Part shown: one piece after another, positions 1 through 6,828 of the stretch
Position numbering within the stretch: position 1 is the first letter of the stretch
Layout: every line of letters starts with the position of its first letter
DNA from: Patescibacteria group bacterium
GTDB lineage: Bacteria > Patescibacteriota > WWE3 > CG2-30-40-12
DNA length: 32,000 nucleotides
Direction of reading: 5' to 3'
Assembly (NCBI GenBank): GCA_018817085.1
Contig: JAHIUT010000032.1
Span: forward strand, 1-32,000
The notes under the pieces: generated by a model
What the model saw: the letters and a program-made list of their open reading frames with translations, nothing else
Database searches by the model: none
What the model was told of the DNA's origin: nothing
Position numbers and translations under genes: made by a program

Positions 1-1017
1 AAGTTCCAATCCGTAAGTTTCTATAGCGTCACTACTTATTACTCCGGGACCGCCGGCGTTTGAAACAATTCCAATTTTGGGTCCCTTGGGCGCATTTTCC
101 CATGAAAAGACTTTTGCTAAATCAAAAAAATCTTCCATAGTTTCACAACGAATAGCCCCCGCTTGTTTAAGAACAGCGTCTAAAACAGCGTCACTGCCCG
201 CAATGGCTCCGGTATGGGAAAGCATTGCTTGAGCGGATGCTTTGGTTTTTCCCGGTTTAAGAATAAAAATTGGATTTTCTTTAGATATTTTGGCTATTTT
301 ATTTAAAAACTCTTTTCCGTTTGAGATGGATTCCAAATACATTCCTATGGGGTTTACTGCGGACAAACCTTTCTGATTTGAGGAAAAAAGGGTGTTTTTT
401 TGCTCGTTTTCAAAATAATCCAAAAAATCATTTTCGTTTAAAATGGCTTTGTTGCCTAAAGTTACAAAACAACTTATTCCAAGTCCAATCTCATTGCTCC
501 AGTCAAAAAGGCTAGTGGCGATTGCTCCCGATTGGGAAATAAAACGCAAGTTCCCTTGCTCTTTAAGGAGTTCCCCAAAAGTAGCGTTAATGGGGCAGTT
601 GTTGTTTACAAATCCGAGGCAGTTAGGTCCCAGAAGATTTATTTGGTATTTGTTAGCTATTTCAGTTAACTCTTTTTCTAACTTGGCGCCCGCAGAACCC
701 GTTTCTTTAAATCCCGCCGCCACCACCACAACATTTTTAATTTTTTTATCCCCGCATTGTTTTAGTATATCCAAAACGGATAAAGAGGGGACAGCGAGAA
801 TTGCAAGTTCGGGCGTTTCAGGAAGGTTTTTGATGTCCTTATATGATTTTAAGTTGTCTATTCTGTCTGTGTTTGGATTTACTGGGTAAATTTTTCCTTT
901 AAATTTTGAATTTATGATATTTTTTAAGATGATATTTCCCACCTTTTGAGGGGAGCGGGAAGCGCCGATAACGGCGATGGATTTAGGGTAAAAAAAAGTT
1001 GTTAAATCGCGGGGCAT
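1..1017 (-). CDS. ADP-forming acetyl/acyl-CoA synthetase (NDP-forming acyl-CoA ligase family), N-terminal part; the C-terminus lies beyond the window edge
   Basis: An open minus-strand frame runs from the ATG at 1015-1017 to position 1. It is absent from the ORF track because there is no stop in the window. My translation starts MPRDLTTFFYPKSIAVIGASRSPQKVGNIILKN and contains LLGPNCLGFVN, FISQSGAIATSL, SHTGAIAGSD and IVSNAGGPGV. These are typical CoA-binding and succinyl-CoA-ligase-like blocks of this family. Confidence 0.8.
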   Translation of the reverse strand, partial: MPRDLTTFFYPKSIAVIGASRSPQKVGNIILKNIINSKFKGKIYPVNPNTDRIDNLKSYKDIKNLPETPELAILAVPSLSVLDILKQCGDKKIKNVVVVAAGFKETGSAGAKLEKELTEIANKYQINLLGPNCLGFVNNNCPINATFGELLKEQGNLRFISQSGAIATSLFDWSNEIGLGISCFVTLGNKAILNENDFLDYFENEQKNTLFSSNQKGLSAVNPIGMYLESISNGKEFLNKIAKISKENPIFILKPGKTKASAQAMLSHTGAIAGSDAVLDAVLKQAGAIRCETMEDFFDLAKVFSWENAPKGPKIGIVSNAGGPGVISSDAIETYGLEL

Positions 1018-1048
1018 ATTATTAGTTTATTTTAATTTGGATGGTATG

Positions 1049-1609
1049 TCAAAGCCTTCCTTTTCTTTTCTTTGCTTGAAAGGCGCGCCGTTCTTTTCTA
1101 TTGCCCTTTTCCATAACATTGTTTTCTTGGGCTTCTGGTATAAAATCAATTTCCTTTACAGAGGGAATTCTGAAAGAAAAGGTTGTTTTTCCATTTGTAT
1201 TGGTAACGGCAAAATCGCCAAGACCAATTATGTCCATACCTATCAATAATTGAGGTTGTTGCGTATCAGATATATCGTCATCAGGGATTAGTTGTATTTC
1301 CGTTACACGCACATTGGGGACCATCACCTTATTCGGCAATGCAATATTGACAAGGTAAGTATTATTTGAAGACCTCCCTCCAGCATGTCTTGTTTCTCTT
1401 ACCCCTGTTGGTAACAGTCCTAAGTCATTTACAACCTTTTTTGTTATAGCAGAATGAGTTGCGCCGGTATCCCATATTGCGAGGTATTCCCTGAATTTCA
1501 TCTGTTGTGTTTTCTCTTTCTCTGGAATAATTGGAGGGCACACCCCTACTTTATTAGATAACACTCGTACTAAGTTGTTATAACGAGAAGTGAATGCGTG
1601 ATGGCGCAT
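1049..1609 (-). CDS. retropepsin-like (clan AA) aspartyl protease, 186 aa, with a basic C-terminal tail
   Basis: It has the active-site-like motif WDTGATHSAI (D-T-G-A) and a downstream LLIGMDIIG block, typical of single-domain bacterial/archaeal retropepsin-like proteases. The start lies 3 nt after the stop of the upstream small ORF. The C-terminus is NRKERRAFQAKKRKGRL. Confidence 0.7.
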   Translation of the reverse strand: MRHHAFTSRYNNLVRVLSNKVGVCPPIIPEKEKTQQMKFREYLAIWDTGATHSAITKKVVNDLGLLPTGVRETRHAGGRSSNNTYLVNIALPNKVMVPNVRVTEIQLIPDDDISDTQQPQLLIGMDIIGLGDFAVTNTNGKTTFSFRIPSVKEIDFIPEAQENNVMEKGNRKERRAFQAKKRKGRL

Positions 1610-1612
1610 GGA

Positions 1613-1861
1613 TTAAGAAAACGCTATCCGGGAGTGAAATGTTTGGGTATAGCTTTTTTCGCCCGGGAGACACTGTTGAATTAAAAAAGTACCAAGTTCA
1701 AACACTTTTTTAGCATTTATATAAGCCTCTATTTCCGTATCGTATGCACCTTGAACTTTTTTATCTTTGATAACGAGAAACTTGCCCCCATAACTTTTTA
1801 CAAGTTTTCCCTGGCTAGCTTTGAAATATTCAAGTTGTTTTTGAAGATATTTGTTTGTCAT
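1613..1861 (-). CDS. small DUF5678-like protein (82 aa), upstream partner of the retropepsin-like protease
   Basis: The motif SYGGKFLVIKDKKV resembles KYAGKWVAIDPQKERII of the paralogous ORF at 2953..3168. It is tightly coupled to the 1049..1609 gene and has its own promoter-like element directly upstream. Confidence 0.55.
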   Translation of the reverse strand: MTNKYLQKQLEYFKASQGKLVKSYGGKFLVIKDKKVQGAYDTEIEAYINAKKVFELGTFLIQQCLPGEKSYTQTFHSRIAFS

Positions 1862-1868
1862 GTTTATA

Positions 1869-1897
1869 ATACTAATATATTTGGAGCAATTTTACAA
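1869..1897 (-). promoter_or_regulatory. sigma70-like promoter for 1613..1861 (TTGTAA-17-TAGTAT), 7 nt from the ATG
   Basis: On the minus strand, TTGTAA (1892-1897) is followed by a 17-nt spacer, TAGTAT (1869-1874), then 7 nt to the ATG at 1861. There is no SD sequence. Confidence 0.4.
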
Positions 1898-1939
1898 GGT
1901 TTTTTGACGGGCGCTGAATCTTAGTTTGAGTGGGGCAAT

Positions 1940-1965
1940 TCAAACATAAGTTAAATAGGGATAGA
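1940..1965. repeat. 26-nt box TCAAACATAAGTTAAATAGGGATAGA, copy 1
   Basis: Identical to 3204..3229. It lies between the stop of the upstream minus-strand gene (1996) and the small-protein gene. Confidence 0.9.
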
Positions 1966-1985
1966 ACCAAACTGGGTCTATCCCT
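1957..1985 (-). terminator. stem-loop downstream of the histidine phosphatase gene
   Basis: AGGGATAGA (1957-1965) pairs with TCTATCCCT (1977-1985): a 9-bp stem and an 11-nt loop, starting 11 nt after the stop at 1996. The following U-tract is weak (ATTTAACTT on the minus strand). Confidence 0.4.
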
Positions 1986-1995
1986 AATTGAATCT

Positions 1996-2541
1996 CTAAT
2001 TGAGGATGTACTCCCATCCGGGTTGCCACGCCTTTTTCTTTCGCCAATCTTCCGCAAACGATTCTTTCCATGTTTTTCCTTTTATTAAAACATCCAGCGC
2101 TAGTTGTGGAGCTTTATGCGCCACAATCGCAACATTCTTCTCATCAAAATTTTGTTTTAGAAATTCAAGAAAATCAGCAATTCTATTTTTAACATCTTCA
2201 TAGCTTTCGCCTTCAGGAAATCTTTCTGTAATACACTTTTTTTGCATTGGCTCAACAATTTCCAAAAGACGCGCATTGTACTTTCCATAATTGCATTCTC
2301 TTAACCTCTTATCGGGGATAATCTTTACAAAATCTTTAAAGGTTAGGTTTGCGGAATCAACGGCTCTTTTTAAATCGGAACAAAAGACAATATCAAATCT
2401 TTTATCTTTTATTTGGTCCCTAAGGGTAATTGATTGCCTAACGCCAAGGGCAGAGAGTTCAACATCGCACCAGCCGGAGGATATCTCTTTTTCGTTGTCT
2501 GTGGTTGTTCCGTGAACAAAGTATGTTATGTTGACTGCCAT
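1996..2541 (-). CDS. histidine phosphatase (phosphoglycerate mutase-like) family protein with VHG in place of the canonical RHG
   Basis: The N-terminus is YFVHGTTTDNEKEISSGWCDVELSALGVRQ. It also has SDLKRAVDSA, ECNYGKYN and IVAHKAPQLAL, which align with the RHGET / SDLxRAxxTA / ExxxGxxxG / SH blocks of the His_Phos_1 family. Confidence 0.7.
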   Translation of the reverse strand: MAVNITYFVHGTTTDNEKEISSGWCDVELSALGVRQSITLRDQIKDKRFDIVFCSDLKRAVDSANLTFKDFVKIIPDKRLRECNYGKYNARLLEIVEPMQKKCITERFPEGESYEDVKNRIADFLEFLKQNFDEKNVAIVAHKAPQLALDVLIKGKTWKESFAEDWRKKKAWQPGWEYILN

Positions 2542-2561
2542 AATGGTATTTTATCAGAAAT

Positions 2562-2945
2562 TTATTCAAGCGCCAGCAGATTTTTCTCTTCCTCAAAAAT
2601 AATTCTGAATTGTTTGAAAAACGCATCTCTTCCTAGCAAATTAAATGAGACCAGATATTCGTAAGAAAAAACCACAGGACAGATAAACCTTTTTCCTGCA
2701 ATTTCTACCTCTAGTTTGTGGATGTATCCTTTGATTCTACCGCCGACCCCTCCCAGATAAGTTTCGGAACCCTTCTCAATTGTTATTCCTAGTTGGCCGG
2801 CTATATCCTCTTTAAAAACAGAAATGGTTGCTCCAGAATCAATTAACGCTGAAGTTCTATGAACTTTATCTTTAGAGTAGATTAAAAAATCAATAATGGG
2901 GAAATAAGCATCTTGGGCGTTCTTTTGGTACGGGAAGTTGACCAT
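2562..2945 (-). CDS. retropepsin-like (clan AA) aspartyl protease, 127 aa
   Basis: It has ALIDSGATISVF (D-S-G-A), GGVGG and a C-terminal NLLGRDAFFKQF block. The start lies 7 nt after the stop of the small ORF at 2953..3168. Confidence 0.75.
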   Translation of the reverse strand: MVNFPYQKNAQDAYFPIIDFLIYSKDKVHRTSALIDSGATISVFKEDIAGQLGITIEKGSETYLGGVGGRIKGYIHKLEVEIAGKRFICPVVFSYEYLVSFNLLGRDAFFKQFRIIFEEEKNLLALE

Positions 2946-2952
2946 TTGATTA

Positions 2953-3168
2953 TCAAGAAATTAAAACATACGGACCCTCGTCTTTGCGGGGAACTTTAAA
3001 CGAAAATGCTTTTATTTTTTGCTCTTCCCCAGCTTTGCCGGATACCAAAGGAGAAATGTCTTTCAAAGTTGCCCCTACAGCGATAATGCGCTCTTTTTGA
3101 GGATCAATCGCTACCCATTTTCCAGCATATTTACCCATATTTTTAGTGGGGGTATTTACTTTTTTCAT
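2953..3168 (-). CDS. small DUF5678-like protein (71 aa), upstream partner of the retropepsin-like protease
   Basis: GKYAGKWVAIDPQKERIIAVGATLKDI matches the typical DUF5678-like core (YxGKWVAI...). It is coupled to 2562..2945. Confidence 0.6.
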   Translation of the reverse strand: MKKVNTPTKNMGKYAGKWVAIDPQKERIIAVGATLKDISPLVSGKAGEEQKIKAFSFKVPRKDEGPYVLIS

Positions 3169-3203
3169 AGTGATTTAATCTTAACAAAAACCCGAAGATG
3201 AAG

Positions 3204-3229
3204 TCAAACATAAGTTAAATAGGGATAGA
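3204..3229. repeat. 26-nt box TCAAACATAAGTTAAATAGGGATAGA, copy 2
   Basis: Identical to 1940..1965. It lies 18 nt downstream of the stop of the BrnA-like gene and 35 nt upstream of the ATG at 3168. Its minus-strand 3' end (TTTGA) contributes to a TTGACT -35-like hexamer. Confidence 0.9.
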
Positions 3230-3247
3230 TCCGTTCTTTGTTGGAAT

Positions 3248-3538
3248 CTACCTGTTTCCAAGACGGGAAGCGGTGTTTGCCAGCTCGTGTTTATACAGAA
3301 TTTGTTTTATGTAAGATTGGTAAGGAACATCCATTATATGCGCCCTGGTCTTTATTCTTTCTATTAAAATATTAGGCAATCGCAGAGTAATCGGCTTGCT
3401 TGTTAGTTTTAGATTTGGAAAAGTGGCTTTTTCCATTTTTGAGAAGTCCACATATTTGGTAGAATCCACCTTTTGCCAAAATTTTCTTTCTTCCTCTTCG
3501 CTATTAAATTTTGGAATTTTCTTTAAGTTTTTTTTCAT
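3248..3538 (-). CDS. BrnA/CopG-like antitoxin family protein (orphan)
   Basis: KFNSEEEERKFWQKVDSTKYVDFSKMEKATFPNLKLTSKPITLRLPNILIERIKTRAHIMDVPYQSYIKQILYKHE follows the family pattern (FxSEEEExxFW..hDst.y.d...). I prefer the ATG at 3538 (MKKNLKK), which is preceded by AAAGGA. The longer ORF starts at 3565. Confidence 0.65.
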   Translation of the reverse strand: MKKNLKKIPKFNSEEEERKFWQKVDSTKYVDFSKMEKATFPNLKLTSKPITLRLPNILIERIKTRAHIMDVPYQSYIKQILYKHELANTASRLGNR

Positions 3539-3659
3539 AATAATTCCTTTCGTTTTTATGGGCAATTCTTGCCGAAATAACTCTAATTTTTTCTATTCTG
3601 TTTGTCAATATTTAAAATTTACTATTTGATTTATTGAAAATTGTATGTATTATTTAAAT

Positions 3660-4391
3660 ATGCCTAAAGAAAATAAAGAAACCAAAAGCAAAAAAATTCC
3701 TTCCAAAATGGTGAAAAACCCCCTCGCCCAAATATCTCCTGAAATAAAAAAGGTTAAAGAGGAGGTTGTGTTAGGAACGCCAAAACTGTCCAAAAGCAAA
3801 TTTTTTAAGGTTGCCGTTTCCATATTCGCTGTTTTAGTAATTGGCGCGCTTTTTTATCAATATAAAAGCTTATTTGTGGTGGCAATGGTTAATGGAAAAC
3901 CTATAAGCAGGATAGAGTTTATAAAAGAGTTGGAAAAGCAAGGTGGGAAACAGGCGCTCGATTCCGTAATTACAAGGATTCTAATTAACCAGGCCGCAGA
4001 GAATAAGAATATAACAATTGCCCAAAGCGAAATTGATACAGAAATACAAAAAATAGAAGAGAATTTAAAAAGCCAAAATCTAACTTTGGAATCTGCCCTT
4101 TCTTTGCAGGGTTTAACTAGAACCGACCTTATTGAGCAGATTGTTCTTCAGAAGAGGTTAGAAAAGATATTGGCGGATAAAACCCAGGTTACAGAGGAGG
4201 AAATCACAAAATATATGGAAGATAACAAATCCAACTTTCCTGAAGATAGCAATTTGGACGACCTAAAAGCGCAGGTGAGAGATTTTTTGGCAAACCAAAA
4301 GTTTTCTTCCGAAGTGCAAAAATGGCTTGCGGATATTAAAACTTCCGCTTCCATAAAATATTTTGTGGATGAATTTAAAGTTGGGGATTGA
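3660..4391 (+). CDS. membrane-anchored SurA N-terminal-domain (PrsA/PpiD-like) chaperone without an obvious parvulin domain
   Basis: A TM segment (FFKVAVSIFAVLVIGALFY) is followed by VNGKPISRIEFIKELEKQGGKQALDSVITRILINQAAENKNITIAQSEIDTEIQKI, typical of the SurA_N-like fold. I chose the start at 3660 (MPKENK) because TATTAT (3648-3653) lies 6 nt upstream. The alternative ATG is at 3645. Confidence 0.6.
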   Translation: MPKENKETKSKKIPSKMVKNPLAQISPEIKKVKEEVVLGTPKLSKSKFFKVAVSIFAVLVIGALFYQYKSLFVVAMVNGKPISRIEFIKELEKQGGKQALDSVITRILINQAAENKNITIAQSEIDTEIQKIEENLKSQNLTLESALSLQGLTRTDLIEQIVLQKRLEKILADKTQVTEEEITKYMEDNKSNFPEDSNLDDLKAQVRDFLANQKFSSEVQKWLADIKTSASIKYFVDEFKVGD

Positions 4392-4427
4392 CAAGGACAT
4401 ACTACTTGTGGAAAAATATATCTTGTA

Positions 4428-5081
4428 ATGAGATTTGTAGCCTGCTTTAACAAATTGTTTTTAACACTCCCAGTATCGTTGTTGTTTTTTGTTATAACTG
4501 TGTCGTTTTGCTTTGCGCAGAATGCTTCCCCCGGAAATAATCCCGCTAACACTACCTCTGTTGGAAATAACGAGATAAAAAATGAAGTAAAGAACGCCGG
4601 AGAAAAAACGGAGTTAATGAATACTTTTAAAGAGGCGGTTGCCGAGAAAAAAGATGCTTGGTCGCAAAAAAGAGTAGAGATTAGAAGTCAAGTAATGACG
4701 CGAGTAAGAGCTAATGTTGGGGTGGTTGGAAAGAGGTATTTGGCGGCTATATCAAGGTACGAAAATATGGTGGCGAGAATAGAAGCCAGAATACAGATAG
4801 AAAAAGCCAAAGGCGCAGACACCTCTTCTATTGAAATTTCCTTGTTAGCCGTAAAAAACAGATTAAGCGCTGTAAAAGGTGTTTTGGAAACTACTATTTC
4901 CAAGATTGAGCCTATAAATGAATCTTCTTCGGGGGACGAGATAACAGGGGTAATAAAAGAAGTTAGAGATACTCTAAAAGAGCAGAAAGCTGTTTTGAAA
5001 ACCATTCAGGAAGATTTAAAAAAGATAGTTTTGGATTTAAGGTCTTTAGTTTTAAAACCCGCAAATGGAACAGAACAATAG
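4428..5081 (+). CDS. secreted hypothetical protein (signal peptide, predicted coiled coil)
   Basis: It has an N-terminal hydrophobic signal-like segment ending in CFAQNAS. The rest is rich in K, E and A with a heptad-like character. I recognise no family. Confidence 0.5.
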   Translation: MRFVACFNKLFLTLPVSLLFFVITVSFCFAQNASPGNNPANTTSVGNNEIKNEVKNAGEKTELMNTFKEAVAEKKDAWSQKRVEIRSQVMTRVRANVGVVGKRYLAAISRYENMVARIEARIQIEKAKGADTSSIEISLLAVKNRLSAVKGVLETTISKIEPINESSSGDEITGVIKEVRDTLKEQKAVLKTIQEDLKKIVLDLRSLVLKPANGTEQ

Positions 5082-5481
5082 TATAACTCAACCAGAAAAA
5101 ATATCTTTAGGGCAAATGCCTGAAAGTCCCGTTGCGCCATCTGTCCCGGAGGAAAAAACTCCCGCTCCTGTGGTGATGGAAAGGCCAAAAACTCGTCTTT
5201 TTATTATTGTGGGATTAATTGTGGTGCTTGCGCTAACGGTAGCCACTATTTTGATAGTTTTAAAGTACGCCCCCGAACCCAAAGCTGTAGAAATTCCTGT
5301 TGTGGAGCCTGTGATTACAAAGTCGGTGCCTGCCCCCGCTTCTGTCCCCGATGAACAGATTGTGGAGTTAAATAAGCAGGGTACTTCTACGGAGATAGGA
5401 GATATCCAAAAGGATTTGGATAACACTTTGATTGATAATATAGATAAAGACTTGGAAGGGTTAGAAAATCTTCTCCAGTAA
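5065..5481 (+). CDS. single-pass membrane protein, Pro-rich (hypothetical)
   Basis: It has a TM segment (LFIIVGLIVVLALTVATILIVL) and PxP-rich flanks. It overlaps the preceding gene by 17 nt. Confidence 0.5.
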   Translation: MEQNNSITQPEKISLGQMPESPVAPSVPEEKTPAPVVMERPKTRLFIIVGLIVVLALTVATILIVLKYAPEPKAVEIPVVEPVITKSVPAPASVPDEQIVELNKQGTSTEIGDIQKDLDNTLIDNIDKDLEGLENLLQ

Positions 5482-5493
5482 TTTGTAGGGGTT

Positions 5494-6342
5494 TTAGGAA
5501 ACTCTCCCTTTGATAAAATCTATAATTAACTGATTGCTATTGTCGTTTAGAATATTCCAATGCTCCGCCCTTGGCACAATAAGAAATTTGGAATTTCCTA
5601 TCAGATTGTCAATTTTCTCGCTACAAGATACTGTCATAAGGTTATCTTTCTCTCCAGCAAGAATAAGCGTAGAGATGCCCTTTAAGCTTTTACATTCTTT
5701 CGTTAAATCCGCTCTGAATCCTGCGTCTAATATTTCTTTGCTAAAAGTTATAGGTAAATTCCTCAAGTGGCGGATACTAGGGTCTTCTTCGGCGGAGTTA
5801 AAATTACTTGGGGGTGTAACTTTTTTCCAAAGTTCCAATATGAGTTTGTCGCTAGAGACCGCTTTTTGTAGAAGGTTTTTAATTGGCAGGATGTTTTTTA
5901 CGGAGAAGCTCAAAAATCTGTAAATTGTTCTTATTGTTCTAGTTGCGGCTTGTTTTCCAACCGCCGCTGTTCCGCATATAACTAGCGCTTTGATCTTGCG
6001 ATGGTTTATGGCCGTATATTTTATAGCAATCATTCCTCCAAGTGACCATCCAACTATAGCGTGTTCTGCTAGCTCTAAAACTTTTGAAAACTCGGTTAGA
6101 AAATTTGCGTAATTTTTCACACTTACCTTGAAGTTAGGTCTGTCGGACGAACCAAAGCCGGGGAGGTCTACGGCAATGATTTTAAAATAATCTTTGCCTA
6201 AATCTAGAAAAGGGAAAGGTAGCTCAAAAGAGAGGGGCCATCCGTGTACAAGAATACAGGAAAACCCGGAACCTGCCGTTAGATAGCGGATATTCATATC
6301 GGAGACTTTTATAAACTTTTCTTTCCAACTGTTTTCTGTCAT
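5494..6342 (-). CDS. alpha/beta-fold hydrolase
   Basis: It has an HGWP oxyanion-region motif, the nucleophile elbow GWSLGG, and a C-terminal RAEHW (catalytic His region). I prefer the start at 6342 (MTENSWKEK). The ORF extends to 6366. Confidence 0.8.
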   Translation of the reverse strand: MTENSWKEKFIKVSDMNIRYLTAGSGFSCILVHGWPLSFELPFPFLDLGKDYFKIIAVDLPGFGSSDRPNFKVSVKNYANFLTEFSKVLELAEHAIVGWSLGGMIAIKYTAINHRKIKALVICGTAAVGKQAATRTIRTIYRFLSFSVKNILPIKNLLQKAVSSDKLILELWKKVTPPSNFNSAEEDPSIRHLRNLPITFSKEILDAGFRADLTKECKSLKGISTLILAGEKDNLMTVSCSEKIDNLIGNSKFLIVPRAEHWNILNDNSNQLIIDFIKGRVS

Positions 6343-6403
6343 GGTGTGTTTAATCCAATATAGCATTTTTAGCGTATATACTAAATGCTATACTATATTG
6401 AAT

Positions 6404-6793
6404 ATGAAGAAAAAAAATAACAAAGAAATCGCAATTTTTGAGAACTTTAAAATTCGTCGACACTATGACGAGAAAGAGGAAAAATGGTATTTTTCGGTGG
6501 TGGATATTATTCGGGTGTTAGTTCAACAGCCAAATTATCAAACTGCTCGAAAATATTGGAATAAGCTTAAAGAAAGGCTTAAAAAAGAGGGTAATGAGTC
6601 GGTGTCAAATTGTCGTCAACTGAAATTTGAGGCGGCGGATGGAAAATTTTATCGGACGGACGCCACTGATGTGGCAACAATTTTGCGTCTAGTTCAATAT
6701 AACATTTTGCGTACCTTAATGAAAGGTATGCAGTATTTACAAAGGAGTCTCCTTTTTCAAAGGAAACTCCTTATACTAAATATCGGATACTAG
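6404..6793 (+). CDS. Bro-N domain protein, apparently 3'-truncated (possible gene remnant)
   Basis: IAIFENFKIRRHYDEKEEKWYFSVVDIIRVLVQQPNYQTARKYWNKLKERLKKEGNESVSNCRQLKFEAADGKFYRTDATDVATILRLVQ matches the widespread Bro-N/antirepressor-like family. After LRLVQ, the expected SIPSPKAEPFK... continuation is replaced by unrelated sequence that runs through a hairpin repeat. Confidence 0.55.
   Translation: MKKKNNKEIAIFENFKIRRHYDEKEEKWYFSVVDIIRVLVQQPNYQTARKYWNKLKERLKKEGNESVSNCRQLKFEAADGKFYRTDATDVATILRLVQYNILRTLMKGMQYLQRSLLFQRKLLILNIGY
6742..6772. repeat. hairpin repeat AAGGAGTCTCCTTTTTCAAAGGAAACTCCTT, copy 1
   Basis: It is 30/31 identical to 9874..9904. It is self-complementary (AAGGAGT/ACTCCTT plus an inner TCC/GGA). 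It sits at the 3' end of the Bro-N ORF. Confidence 0.85.
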
Positions 6794-6812
6794 GTACCAC
6801 ACGCTATTAAAA

Positions 6813-6821
6813 TGGTAAAAT
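6813..6821 (+). promoter_or_regulatory. extended -10 element TGgTAAAAT for tgt, 7 nt from the ATG
   Basis: TGGTAAAAT lies at 6813-6821 and the ATG at 6829. There is no SD sequence. Confidence 0.4.
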
Positions 6822-6828
6822 CTAGTTT

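Noticed and set aside
1940-1995. The 26-nt box plus hairpin as an integron attC-like site.
   Set aside because: A GTTAAAT (GTTRRRY-like) core is present, but I could not find a matching inverse core (RYYYAAC) or the characteristic imperfect palindrome. No integron integrase is in the window.
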